This document shows positions 1 to 8,405 of a stretch of DNA of 18,287 nucleotides, piece after piece. The DNA lies in NCBI GenBank assembly GCA_965263355.1, contig CBDHHL010000015.1:1-18287 (forward strand), given 5' to 3'. The position numbers and the translations under genes were made by a program. This DNA is from Leptolyngbyaceae cyanobacterium (GTDB taxonomy: Bacteria > Cyanobacteriota > Cyanobacteriia > Phormidesmidales > Phormidesmidaceae). Below the pieces are notes generated by a model, which did not search any database, had not been told where the DNA came from, and saw only the letters and a list, made by a program, of their open reading frames with translations. How positions within the stretch are numbered: position 1 is the stretch's first letter; each line of letters opens with the position of its first letter.

Positions 1-324
1 CCAGAAATCGTCTCCAACTTCAGGCTTTAAGTGCAGTGCAATACTGGCCCTACCTTTTCCGTCACAGTTAACGTTATTAAGTTCTCTATGCTCTAAAACG
101 GCAATTGTGTCGGCAACATATATCGCCAGTGTTTGGTTGCCACCGTACGGCTGGGTAAATGCTTCATAGTGCCTGCTGGAAAGCTTATGAAGTTCTTCGA
201 GCCAACTTATATCTTCGCCTGCTTGGACTTCGGCAAAAGCATAAATATCTTTGCCGGGTGGGAGATGTGGCACGATTTCACTCGCACCTTTCATAAAACC
301 ATTCCAGAAAACTACTGATTGCAT
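1..324 (-). CDS. Endonuclease/exonuclease/phosphatase (EEP, DNase I-like) family protein, partial (runs off window start)
   Basis: Translated by hand; not in the ORF track. Open frame from ATG at 324: MQSVVFWNGFMKGASEIVPHLPPGKDIYAFAEVQ...LAIYV...GRASIALHLKPEVGDDFW. The N-terminal xxWN and DIxxxxE motifs fit EEP proteins. Confidence 0.55.
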   Translation of the reverse strand, partial: MQSVVFWNGFMKGASEIVPHLPPGKDIYAFAEVQAGEDISWLEELHKLSSRHYEAFTQPYGGNQTLAIYVADTIAVLEHRELNNVNCDGKGRASIALHLKPEVGDDFW

Positions 325-484
325 CCAAATAGTAATTGACGGCTTTGCTTGGATATTAGCCTAGTTTTTTAATTTTGGCACTGGTAATAATTGTCATGCA
401 AAATACAAATCCGGATGTTGCAGCCAAAATTGTGAATAGTTTTTCAGAATAGCTACTGAATTTTCAAATGCAACGGGCAATCGT

Positions 485-530
485 AAAAAGTAGCCTGCAT
501 CGCCATCGGATAATCAGGCAATGCAGGCTA
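485..530 (-). terminator. Putative intrinsic terminator
   Basis: Stem TAGCCTGCATTGCC / GGCGATGCAGGCTA (one G-U pair) followed by CTTTTT on the minus strand, downstream of the 621-797 gene. Confidence 0.55.
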
Positions 531-620
531 TTCAGAAAAGACTTATTTTGGTTCGTCGGCAGTGGTGGCGACTGGCTGTGTATACGGTCGGACGGCGCGA
601 TCGTGGGCGGTTGCTGTGAA

Positions 621-797
621 TTATTTGTTGATGTGCGCGTTGAATAAAGCAAGCATCACTTCATGAACCTGTTGATCTTTTTCTGTGGTGCGTTCTGCAA
701 AGTCGCGATTGTCCATTCTGTAGACGATTCTTTCAGCAGCATCACGGCATTCAGCCATGAGCTTAATTGAATTCGAATTCAAGAAAATAGGTGTCAT
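621..797 (-). CDS. Hypothetical protein (58 aa, MTPIFLNS...)
   Basis: ATG at 797 preceded by GGAGA, 4 nt after the stop of the upstream gene. Confidence 0.55.
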   Translation of the reverse strand: MTPIFLNSNSIKLMAECRDAAERIVYRMDNRDFAERTTEKDQQVHEVMLALFNAHINK

Positions 798-801
798 TAT
801 C

Positions 802-1242
802 TCATCTCCCGAATAAAATTTCTTGAGGCCAGTATCCATCTTTAAGCATATGCACACAATCCGCTATCACACATCCAGCCAAGACAGGCAATGCAATTAA
901 CAGGCCAGGTTTGCAAATTAGAAAGAAAACCCAGCCACTAACAATCAATCTGATGATTGTTCCAGGAATAATTGAATGACTAAACCTTGAACGATGCGCA
1001 ACGGTTAGGGCGTAGTCCTTCCACCACCACACCCAAAAACGACGATACCAACGGCCCTTTTTAAGACTTCTAGAGTTCACGTCATTGTCGCATGTTCCCC
1101 ATAGTTCCCACAGTGGGATAGTTGCGGCAGTAACGAAAAATTGCCAAGGCAAGTTTAGAACGATTGCACCTCCAAGCAAGCTACAGCCGACAGCGATCGC
1201 GGCTGTAACATGGCCAGTGCGGTTAGAGTTAAATATTTTCAC
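802..1242 (-). CDS. DUF2227-like putative metal-binding membrane protein
   Basis: Motifs GH..., DND, WWKDY, HRSRFSH..IPGTIIRL and ADCVHMLKD with hydrophobic segments match the DUF2227 / metal-dependent hydrolase pattern. Confidence 0.65.
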   Translation of the reverse strand: MKIFNSNRTGHVTAAIAVGCSLLGGAIVLNLPWQFFVTAATIPLWELWGTCDNDVNSRSLKKGRWYRRFWVWWWKDYALTVAHRSRFSHSIIPGTIIRLIVSGWVFFLICKPGLLIALPVLAGCVIADCVHMLKDGYWPQEILFGR

Positions 1243-1501
1243 GCCAGTAATAAATATCTTTTTCTGAGTCGTATTCTTCCGTCCAAATGCGTCGAGAAAC
1301 TACGTTTTTTGAAGTCGTCAAACCAATAGGCAATTCCCTAAATTCAAGCTTAATCACGAATCCATCTGTGACCTCAAAATTCGGTGGTATGCCGTGCTTT
1401 TGAAAATAAGAGTCTATGGCAGCATTTGCTTCTTCTAAAGACTCAAAATAACCACAAGGATAATAAACTTCATCATTTGTTACGTCTGCTATTTCGATCA
1501 T
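1229..1501 (-). CDS. Hypothetical phage protein
   Basis: 90-aa ORF tightly packed with neighbours. Confidence 0.6.
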   Translation of the reverse strand: MIEIADVTNDEVYYPCGYFESLEEANAAIDSYFQKHGIPPNFEVTDGFVIKLEFRELPIGLTTSKNVVSRRIWTEEYDSEKDIYYWRENI

Positions 1502-1504
1502 TTT

Positions 1505-1723
1505 CTATAGCGTTTCACGATCAATTACAATCTCCTCTAGAGTTTCTAGCCGTTGGGTGTGATTTTTCAGAATGTTTACTTGTTTGTTTAGTTCGTCAAT
1601 TTCTTCTTGCAAGAAAGCAATTTTCTTACTTTGTTTTCTGCTAACGCCAGAAGTGAAGATGTTTTCTATCGCCATGATAGCCATGGCTATTAAGCCAACT
1701 AAGAAAATATCCATTTTAATCAT
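1505..1723 (-). CDS. Small protein with N-terminal TM helix and coiled coil
   Basis: Hydrophobic IFLVGLIAMAIMAI, then heptad-like LQEEIDELNKQVNILKNHTQRLETLEEIV. Confidence 0.6.
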   Translation of the reverse strand: MIKMDIFLVGLIAMAIMAIENIFTSGVSRKQSKKIAFLQEEIDELNKQVNILKNHTQRLETLEEIVIDRETL

Positions 1724-1757
1724 CGCCTCGCATGCGTTTCATCATTTTTGTTTGGCA

Positions 1758-3413
1758 TCATCTGGCGACCACAAACAGCGGTTCATCTGGTGGCCAGATA
1801 TTAATGCTTTGGCCGCGTTCTTCAATCTTTAATAGATTAAGTTTGCCAGCTTTTTTGGTTAGGATCTTCGCAGTCTCACGACCTTTAGCCCTGATATCTT
1901 CATCATGGCTATTTAGCTTTAGATGCTTTTTCAGCTCATAACAGTTGGCTAGCAGCTGGGCCAACGTTGTTTTATTAAGCTGCCTATCGCTTAAATACTT
2001 TACGACCACATAGGCGAATCGTTCAGTATTTTCACAAATTTCTTTTTCTTCTAAGTCAATCTCGTCTTTGCTGGGATGCGCAATGGTTGTGGCCCCTTCC
2101 CAAAGGGCGGTTAACTGCTGTCTAGCTGAGTCAATGGAGTTATCAGCGACGGAAACCGCTGCAACTGTTTGATAAGACCGTGGTTCGACTTGCCCCTGTA
2201 ATTCAGGGAAATATGCCAGCACCGATCGCACGTAGCACGGTAATCCCTCATCATTCAGTTCAAATTGTAACCAGTCAGGCAAAGTTAAAGTATCTTTTGA
2301 GTCGCTAAGTTTATTGTCTGAGTCCATCTCTAGATATGTATATTGCCCGCTGGGGTAACGACCTCCATGAGCTAATTTACGCCGTTCGCTAACGGCTACA
2401 GTTTCAGACATACGCTTAGCTCTTAAGATAGTTGCCTCCTGCTTGGCTTGCTCATTGAAGCCGTTAGGAACGCCCATGGCTGGCAGAGTTTTACCGTGAA
2501 TAACTAACCGGGCATGTGCTCTGGTCTTAACAAATCCGGTCAATAATTGGTTCCATAAAGGTTGTGAAATCGTCTCACGGTCTTGCCTAGTCAACTCATC
2601 AAACAGCCAAGACTGATCAGATGCCTTGCCCTTGGTCAACTGTGAAACCGTTTTCACTTCATCTCGGTAACCTTCAACCGAATCTACAACAGATGCGAAC
2701 TTAAACGGATAAACATCGCTATCCGTAGTCGCATAGTGAACTTTCTTGTCCAGCAACGCAGTCTCAAAAATCGACAAAATAACTAACAGTGTTGACTTCC
2801 CAGACTGCTGTTCGCCAGTGACTGCCACAATTGAATCATGCAACAAGTCTCTTAGGTCACATCCAGACAATGCCAGTGATTCTAATAAGCTTTCAGCCCT
2901 TTCAGCTATAGGGAGCTGCAATAGCTCACTAACATTAGGTGCTCTAAACCTAGCCTGAGCTGCCTGGTCAATTGCCTTATCTTCAGGAGATGCGTATACA
3001 TCCCCTTCATACTTCCCTAGGTTTTTTTTAACCCATGGGTTATCAACAAATTGCGGTTCTATTTCTATTACGGGCTTATCGGGATATTGCAGTTCTGTCT
3101 GCAATTTCTCAAATTTACTTATCAGAGTTTCCTCTTCTTGCTCAATGATCTCCTGAGCTAACTCATGCTTTTCTTCCTTGGCATCATTATCGGCTTGCTT
3201 TTTAGATGTTGCCCTGACATCTCGATAGCCTAAATAGGCCAAAGCAATCAACGATATAAACCCGAAAGGTTGCAGATATAGGAATGAACCAATCGCCAAA
3301 GATGCCCATGTGCCCATCAATACCGTGTCGTCTTTGATTAGATTCCCCAAGGTTGGGGAATTTAAATCATCTTCAAACTGAATAGAGTCCTTGAACTTGA
3401 CGATCTCGCTCAT
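1758..3413 (-). CDS. Membrane-anchored P-loop ATPase (FtsK/HerA/TraB-like), possible C-terminal winged helix
   Basis: Two N-terminal TM segments, Walker A GEQQSGKST, Walker B WLFDE, low-complexity linker and a basic helical C-terminal domain. Start overlaps the upstream stop (ATGA). Confidence 0.75.
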   Translation of the reverse strand: MSEIVKFKDSIQFEDDLNSPTLGNLIKDDTVLMGTWASLAIGSFLYLQPFGFISLIALAYLGYRDVRATSKKQADNDAKEEKHELAQEIIEQEEETLISKFEKLQTELQYPDKPVIEIEPQFVDNPWVKKNLGKYEGDVYASPEDKAIDQAAQARFRAPNVSELLQLPIAERAESLLESLALSGCDLRDLLHDSIVAVTGEQQSGKSTLLVILSIFETALLDKKVHYATTDSDVYPFKFASVVDSVEGYRDEVKTVSQLTKGKASDQSWLFDELTRQDRETISQPLWNQLLTGFVKTRAHARLVIHGKTLPAMGVPNGFNEQAKQEATILRAKRMSETVAVSERRKLAHGGRYPSGQYTYLEMDSDNKLSDSKDTLTLPDWLQFELNDEGLPCYVRSVLAYFPELQGQVEPRSYQTVAAVSVADNSIDSARQQLTALWEGATTIAHPSKDEIDLEEKEICENTERFAYVVVKYLSDRQLNKTTLAQLLANCYELKKHLKLNSHDEDIRAKGRETAKILTKKAGKLNLLKIEERGQSINIWPPDEPLFVVAR

Positions 3414-4102
3414 ACTGCTGCCCCCGTAACCCGTGTAACCCGTACAGCTACAGCAGCCTTAAGTAAGAAGTGAATAGTTAGTTCGACAGCGGCCATTGTT
3501 GCGATCGCCCAAAAGAAATTCGGCCAGCTCCAAAGACTGGGGTCTAAGAAAAACCCATTCGTTAAATCACTTAATAGCCGACTAAAATCACCACCAGCGT
3601 ATGGAGGATACTTGATGAAGCACGCGATCGCTTCGATCAAGTAAGCTGCAATCCGATAATTCCTAAGTTCTTTCAGCCACTCACGGTTTGTCCCTGCAAT
3701 GCTGTGCTTGCAAATTAATGGGGCAGCTTGAACAACTTGAATCCAGCTCCAAAAAATGAATCCAACCAGTTCAGCAATTGCAGAAATTAAAGTGTTTGGG
3801 TTTAGCAAAAGAACTAAACCACACATTGCAGCCCAGACCGCCAACCAAGGCTTTTTCTTGCATTGTTGAAAGGTAATAAAGAAAAAGACGAACGCGAGCA
3901 CCTTGCCAGCCTTCCCGCCAACCAGCCAATCGGCAAGCCTAATTAAAAGATTTTTATTAATCATTGCTGTAAAGTCAGCCCCTAGCGCAAACCATGGCTC
4001 TAGGTTCATCCATATAACGACCAGTAGTACGGCTGAAGCTAATGACCAAAAAACAATAGTTACGATGTCACTTGCTTGTCGTGAATTTTTTTTCATAATC
4101 AA
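3410..4102 (-). CDS. Multi-pass membrane protein
   Basis: 230 aa with several hydrophobic helices; translationally coupled to both neighbours. Confidence 0.75.
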   Translation of the reverse strand: MIMKKNSRQASDIVTIVFWSLASAVLLVVIWMNLEPWFALGADFTAMINKNLLIRLADWLVGGKAGKVLAFVFFFITFQQCKKKPWLAVWAAMCGLVLLLNPNTLISAIAELVGFIFWSWIQVVQAAPLICKHSIAGTNREWLKELRNYRIAAYLIEAIACFIKYPPYAGGDFSRLLSDLTNGFFLDPSLWSWPNFFWAIATMAAVELTIHFLLKAAVAVRVTRVTGAAV

Positions 4103-4554
4103 TGAGCTCCAGGTTGTTTAGAAAAATAATCGTTATACAAATCAACGTCATCTGGGGCAATTCGCTTTACTTGCGATACGCGACCGCCCCAGGTTTCTGC
4201 TGTATCCCCTAATTTTGTGCAAATCAGCGAACCATCCCCTAAAGGGATGGTGCTATCGCGTGAGGCAATTACCTCAACGCCTTCAGCTAGATGAGTTTGC
4301 TTAAAAGTTGACTTGGCCACTACTGGCACACAACCAGCTCGCACCCGGTCTAATGCAATTTTTGAGTCTTGCCTAGCTTGAGTAGCGTGCATTGTGGCCA
4401 GCCTGTCTTGCCTAGCCTGAATTTTTCGCTGCTCTCTAATTTCAGACGCATTATTCCAGTTCTCTGAAATTTCTTGAGAACTTAACGCAGCAGGTAGGCC
4501 CACTCCGATTAGCAATAATATCCAAGATGTTTTTACCACCATTTTTTTCACCAA
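4099..4554 (-). CDS. Membrane-anchored or secreted protein (true start may be ATG 4542)
   Basis: N-terminal hydrophobic segment WILLLIGVGLPAAL, coiled stretch, then a Cys-containing beta-rich C-terminus. Confidence 0.7.
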   Translation of the reverse strand: MVKKMVVKTSWILLLIGVGLPAALSSQEISENWNNASEIREQRKIQARQDRLATMHATQARQDSKIALDRVRAGCVPVVAKSTFKQTHLAEGVEVIASRDSTIPLGDGSLICTKLGDTAETWGGRVSQVKRIAPDDVDLYNDYFSKQPGAH

Positions 4555-4661
4555 AAATAAGCTGTCTTAGATATCTTGGATTTCTCTTAGACAGCTAGAC
4601 ATACTGGAAATAAAGGTGTCTAGCTGTCTAAGGCATCTTGGATATCTTGGATATTGTCTAA
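4518..4661. repeat. Repeat cluster: perfect 16-bp inverted repeat plus four ATCTTGGAT copies
   Basis: CTTAGACAGCTAGACA (4586-4601) / TGTCTAGCTGTCTAAG (4617-4632), 15-nt loop. ATCTTGGAT at 4573, 4635, 4644 and inverted at 4520-4528. Confidence 0.85.
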
Positions 4662-5101
4662 GCTCCTGGTAACGATTTTTGAGCCATTTGAGCAGGACTT
4701 AAAAACAGATTTTTGCTGCGTGCTAGTTGAGCAGGGCTGGACTTGCGCCAACGGCTTTGCTCAGTCAGCGCCATGAATGCTTGGCCAACTTGCTGTGCAT
4801 ACTGATCAGGCTCGTCAATCCGGTCTGTAGCGCCCATCTCAACGACTTCAGCACACACCTTATCCAAAATGCGAGCACCCATCTGAGCCCTGTTGTGGAC
4901 AATCGCGCTAGCTGCTGCATCTTCAACCTGCTCCTGGGCTGTAATCACTTGCTGGACAAGGGATAGAGCTTCATTGCCCATGGAACCCTGAATAGCCAAG
5001 GCCATATCAGAAGCGTTGACTGTTTCGGTAGGCGATGGTGCAGATTTGGGGGCAAAACCCTTGCCCTGATTGTCTTCTGTGGTTTTGTCTTTGATAGCCA
5101 T
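4658..5101 (-). CDS. Hypothetical helical protein
   Basis: 147-aa Ala/Gln-rich ORF with a strong RBS (AAGGAG). Confidence 0.75.
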   Translation of the reverse strand: MAIKDKTTEDNQGKGFAPKSAPSPTETVNASDMALAIQGSMGNEALSLVQQVITAQEQVEDAAASAIVHNRAQMGARILDKVCAEVVEMGATDRIDEPDQYAQQVGQAFMALTEQSRWRKSSPAQLARSKNLFLSPAQMAQKSLPGA

Positions 5102-5124
5102 CTGTAGAGTCTCCTTTTAGGAAA

Positions 5125-5427
5125 TTAACTAACCATTGCGGGCGTGAATTCGCCCTTTTTCCAAAGTAAATATTGCTTCAGAGTGCATCCTGTCTTAGCC
5201 CTGAAATCCAGGTATCCCAACAGGTGTAGCACTTCCTCTCGCCCATAACATCCATCGTCATCAACCTCAATACCAAGTCGATAACGCCAAGAGTTGAACG
5301 TGTCACGGCATACACGACGGCCAACCACTTCAGACACAGTTACTCTGAATTGCCTAGGTGTATAGCGCTCGCGGCTATACACCCCTGGCTCCTCCAAAAC
5401 CTCTGCGTTACAAGCTTGAACCGACAT
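5125..5427 (-). CDS. Putative MerR-like winged-HTH DNA-binding protein
   Basis: YTPRQF...VCRDTFNSWRYRLGI...CYGREEV resembles MerR/excisionase-type wHTH. Start taken at MSVQ (5427). Confidence 0.55.
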   Translation of the reverse strand: MSVQACNAEVLEEPGVYSRERYTPRQFRVTVSEVVGRRVCRDTFNSWRYRLGIEVDDDGCYGREEVLHLLGYLDFRAKTGCTLKQYLLWKKGEFTPAMVS

Positions 5428-5437
5428 AATCGCAAAC

Positions 5438-5502
5438 CTTGCACAACCCCTGCACAAGTTCTGAACAAGTGCAACTAAAGTATAATCATCGTACGCACTT
5501 GT
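5438..5502. promoter_or_regulatory. Divergent promoter/operator region
   Basis: Three 11-bp-period repeats CTTGCACAACC / CCTGCACAAGT / TCTGAACAAGT (5438-5470). Inverted repeat ACAAGTGC (5465-5472) / GCACTTGT (5495-5502) flanks a + strand TATAAT (5481-5486). Confidence 0.55.
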
Positions 5503-5581
5503 GACAACCCTTAGGAACGGTTGTAGACGGGTTCAGTGTGTAGACGATATAGTTAAGCGGTACAATCACTGGGTTCTGTTC

Positions 5582-5824
5582 GTGGCTGAAGTCGTGCCTC
5601 CCAAGAAAACCGAAAAGCTAATTCCTGTTACTGTTAATTTGCCTAGAGAAATCATCGAAAAAGCAGACGCCCTTGCCAATGACCAGGGGCTCAGCAAGGG
5701 CGATTTGTATAGAGATTGCTTTTTGGACGGTCTAGCCATTCAGTTCGAGAAATACACCAAGCCTGAGGTTTACCAGAAAGTGCGTAGCCGCAACCGACAG
5801 CCAGAGGGGAAAGACCCAGAATAA
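5582..5824 (+). CDS. Ribbon-helix-helix (CopG/Arc-like) regulator
   Basis: PVTVNLPREIIEKADALANDQGLSKGDLYRDCF fits the RHH pattern. Start uncertain: GTG 5582 preferred, the track starts at 5501. Confidence 0.7.
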   Translation: MAEVVPPKKTEKLIPVTVNLPREIIEKADALANDQGLSKGDLYRDCFLDGLAIQFEKYTKPEVYQKVRSRNRQPEGKDPE

Positions 5825-5851
5825 AAAACGAGGACCCCGCAGAGTCCCCGT
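5823..5851 (-). terminator. Intrinsic terminator of the minus-strand small-gene operon
   Basis: ACGGGGACTC-TGCG-GGGTCCTCGT (two G-U pairs) followed by a T-tract on the minus strand. Confidence 0.6.
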
Positions 5852-5876
5852 CACCGAAGCTTATTTGTTTACTCTA

Positions 5877-6002
5877 TCAAGCCGAACCCTTCTTCTTCTG
5901 CACAGGCTTGACGTTCGCGAACTTTGCTATCTGCTTTACCTGCCATTCAGACATGTTGGTCCGTGCGGCCACCTCAGCAGCCTGCTTTTTAGTGAGTGAC
6001 AT
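5877..6002 (-). CDS. Small basic protein (41 aa, MSLTKKQAAEVAARTNMSEWQVKQIAKF...)
   Basis: Translated by hand; RBS AAGGA upstream; HTH-like pattern. Confidence 0.5.
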   Translation of the reverse strand: MSLTKKQAAEVAARTNMSEWQVKQIAKFANVKPVQKKKGSA

Positions 6003-6067
6003 TGATTTGAATTCCTTAGTGTTTACAGGCCGACCACCGAAGTGGGGTGATCGGCTATGGATTGTGA

Positions 6068-6235
6068 TTAGCCGTTGAACAGCGGACGATACTCAGGGTC
6101 AAAGTTCATTGCCAAGGAGAACGATTGAGGCACCCCCCTTCGACGAGCTTTGTCAAATGCGCTTACGTGGCCCTTGGCCCAGATCAACCAGACAACATCG
6201 GAGTTGTCATGATCGATCAGCTGTACGTATTTCAT
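6068..6235 (-). CDS. Small hypothetical protein (55 aa, MKYVQLIDHDNSDVVWLIWAKGH...)
   Basis: Translated by hand; AGGGGG RBS just after the upstream stop. Confidence 0.55.
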   Translation of the reverse strand: MKYVQLIDHDNSDVVWLIWAKGHVSAFDKARRRGVPQSFSLAMNFDPEYRPLFNG

Positions 6236-6245
6236 GGCTAACCCC

Positions 6246-6731
6246 CTATGCTGCTACTGCTTGACGATTGCGGACGGGTTTACGAGTCCAGCGGATGCAT
6301 GGACGGCCTGTGTATTTATCTGGGAATAGCTCCACCACAGAACCCTTAACCAGGTTGCGGGCAAAGCTAGTGGGTGTCAGCACCTCATACACTTCATCGT
6401 CCGACTCGACAGTGACAGTGACCTCGTTGTGGCTGCCAGACACACGCCATGATGTGCGACGGTGGACGTAGGCAGGCTTAACGTCGTCTGCAATGTGTGC
6501 GACGGTGGCAATAGCGACTTCTGGCTTAGGAGACAAATCGCGATTAGCTTCTGCCTTGCAGTGGTCCAAGCTGCCAACCGCTACGACTGCTTGGCCATAA
6601 GGGTTATACTCCCAACGCATGGCCGTAATGTTGAAGGCGATAGTGCCGACGTTCTCAGTGCCACGATAAATGACGTATTGGGAATCTGATGTTTGACGGA
6701 ATTGAAGTTCAGTTTTTGCTAGAGTTTGCAT
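6246..6731 (-). CDS. Hypothetical protein; N-terminal domain paralogous to 12081-12422
   Basis: Start at MQTL. Shares FRQT...G.I.FN.TAMRWEY.PYGQ.V.A.GSL..CKA.A with 12081-12422. Confidence 0.75.
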   Translation of the reverse strand: MQTLAKTELQFRQTSDSQYVIYRGTENVGTIAFNITAMRWEYNPYGQAVVAVGSLDHCKAEANRDLSPKPEVAIATVAHIADDVKPAYVHRRTSWRVSGSHNEVTVTVESDDEVYEVLTPTSFARNLVKGSVVELFPDKYTGRPCIRWTRKPVRNRQAVAA

Positions 6732-6809
6732 AGTTCGAATGTGACTAGTTTGGACTAATGGGCTCATTGCAAACTTTGGACGGTGGGCAATGAGCCTTTG
6801 TTATGGAAT

Positions 6810-7019
6810 TTAGTGCTGCTGATTAAATGCGTATGCCTGGATTTGCATCATCCTGTCAGTCAGCAAGTCTTGGTACTGCTCAGGGATATTGCCATCTAGG
6901 GTCACCTGCAAGCGAGCATTGGACAGTAGGTGCAGCCGCTTGGAGGTTACTGTGCGGCCACGCTGGTAGTCAGCGGCGGTGTTTTCCAAGGATTTTTGTA
7001 ACTGAGAAAGGTTGATCAT
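6810..7019 (-). CDS. Hypothetical protein (69 aa, MINLSQLQ...)
   Basis: ATG at 7019 with GGAG RBS, just downstream of a near-consensus promoter. Confidence 0.65.
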   Translation of the reverse strand: MINLSQLQKSLENTAADYQRGRTVTSKRLHLLSNARLQVTLDGNIPEQYQDLLTDRMMQIQAYAFNQQH

Positions 7020-7052
7020 GTGGCTCCGGTGGTGTTTGCTTGCTTGGTTTAA

Positions 7053-7107
7053 TAGTATCAATCGATTCATACAGATGTCAAGCAATTCGTGCGAATCGAT
7101 TGATACT
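7053..7107 (-). promoter_or_regulatory. Sigma70-type promoter overlapped by a 15-bp inverted-repeat operator
   Basis: Minus strand TTGACA (7082-7077), 18 bp, TACTAT with an extended TG. AGTATCAATCGATTC (7054-7068) / GAATCGATTGATACT (7093-7107) is a perfect inverted repeat. Confidence 0.7.
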
Positions 7108-7186
7108 CCTTGCTTATGCGTACAGCCTTGAAATATAGTTACAACTAATACTCAATTGATATGAATCAAGTTATATTAGGGGTGCA

Positions 7187-7423
7187 ATGATAGTTAGAAA
7201 AACGACTATGAAACAATTAAGAGAGAGAGCAGGGCTTTCTCAAAATGAGTTAGGCAAAAGAATGAACCTAACCGCATCAGCAATATCAAAATGGGATCAA
7301 GGGATTGCATTCCCGAAGCTCTATCCTGCTGCAACGCTGCAACTTTGTGACGTCCTAAGTTGCACCATGGATGAGTTAGTTGAAGCACAGCGTAACTGGG
7401 AGGAAGAGCAAGCCAGTGATTAA
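7187..7423 (+). CDS. XRE/Cro-family HTH transcriptional regulator
   Basis: LRERAGLSQNELGKRMNLTASAISKWDQG..P...LCDVLSCTMDEL is a classic HTH_3 pattern. Confidence 0.9.
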   Translation: MIVRKTTMKQLRERAGLSQNELGKRMNLTASAISKWDQGIAFPKLYPAATLQLCDVLSCTMDELVEAQRNWEEEQASD

Positions 7424-7547
7424 CCGATGAAGAGGATGGCCCTATCGTAGGGCTGACTGATAAAGGTAGAGATTTTGTGTCCAACCTTTTGAGTATTGGA
7501 CAAGGGCTGGTGAATATAGAGAAAACTAACGCAGGAGATAGAACCCC

Positions 7548-7748
7548 ATGACCACGTATTACATGACCTTTGGTCAAAAATCTGACAACCGCAATCACTG
7601 GGTTGAAATACAGGCATCTAACTATCAAATCGCATTCGACTATGCCAAGGAAAACTATGCCGATAGCTGGAGCAATCTATATAAAGAGGATGAATTTAGC
7701 CCAGAGTATTTTAGTGGCGGGAAATTGAGAGAGGAGGCAGCATCATGA
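7548..7748 (+). CDS. Hypothetical phage protein
   Basis: YYMTFGQ...WVEIQA...W...Y pattern; GGAG RBS; coupled to the next gene. Confidence 0.65.
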   Translation: MTTYYMTFGQKSDNRNHWVEIQASNYQIAFDYAKENYADSWSNLYKEDEFSPEYFSGGKLREEAAS

Positions 7749-7930
7749 CAGATGATCAATTGTATCGACGATCGATAGAAATGATTAGAAAAATATTGTG
7801 CGCCATTGGCTGGCATAAATGGGCTTGGCTGCTGTCTGAAGTCGGTTATATAGATCTGGACGGGCCACCGCCAGACTGCGCAAAGTGTAAATATTGTGGC
7901 GTGAGGTATGGGGAAGATGAGCCTAGCTGA
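7745..7930 (+). CDS. DUF1660-like small Cys/His phage protein
   Basis: LCAIGWHKW...CKYCG pattern; GAGGAGG RBS. Confidence 0.55.
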   Translation: MTDDQLYRRSIEMIRKILCAIGWHKWAWLLSEVGYIDLDGPPPDCAKCKYCGVRYGEDEPS

Positions 7931-8405
7931 AGCTATAAGGGAACGAATCGACTACGCGCAAGGCAAAATCACTTCATGGTCATTTACCAAGGAGTATATT
8001 AATCGAAGTGAAGTTTCTCATGAAATCCTTGTCAAGCTAAACAGCGGCAAGACTCATGCCAAAAGTACAGAAAGTCATATCTCTTGGTATGAGCAGGATA
8101 ACGAAGGAAAGATTTTTAAGTGGATCGAGGTTAGGGGCGTTATTTGCCCAAATCTAGAAAAGTGGTCCGGTAAAGTGCCAAAAATGTCTGACAGACGGCA
8201 AGGCGTCCCAGTGATTCAAGGCTATTGGATCAGGCAAACTGAATGTCGCAAGTGTGAGTTTTACAAAACACGAAAACAATCAAGCCTAAAATTTCCGACC
8301 TGTGATTGGGCCAAAAAAGATAGATGCGGCGATGAAAGCCCTAGTGTAGTTGCCCGAAAAAATCTTAAAAAAGATGTATTGGAAGTAATGAAATTCATCT
8401 CATGA
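7908..8405 (+). CDS. Hypothetical protein with a C-terminal Cys cluster
   Basis: CRKC...C motif; overlaps neighbours. Confidence 0.6.
   Translation: MGKMSLAEAIRERIDYAQGKITSWSFTKEYINRSEVSHEILVKLNSGKTHAKSTESHISWYEQDNEGKIFKWIEVRGVICPNLEKWSGKVPKMSDRRQGVPVIQGYWIRQTECRKCEFYKTRKQSSLKFPTCDWAKKDRCGDESPSVVARKNLKKDVLEVMKFIS

Noticed and set aside
1505..1723. PspB or holin assignment
   Set aside because: Only a generic TM plus coiled coil; not enough to name.
4518..4661. CRISPR mini-array
   Set aside because: Repeats are 9-16 bp, irregular and partly inverted; no spacers or cas genes.
7420..7551. Open + strand frame LTDEEDGPIVGLTDKGRDFV...
   Set aside because: No start codon for the main part; at most a gene remnant.
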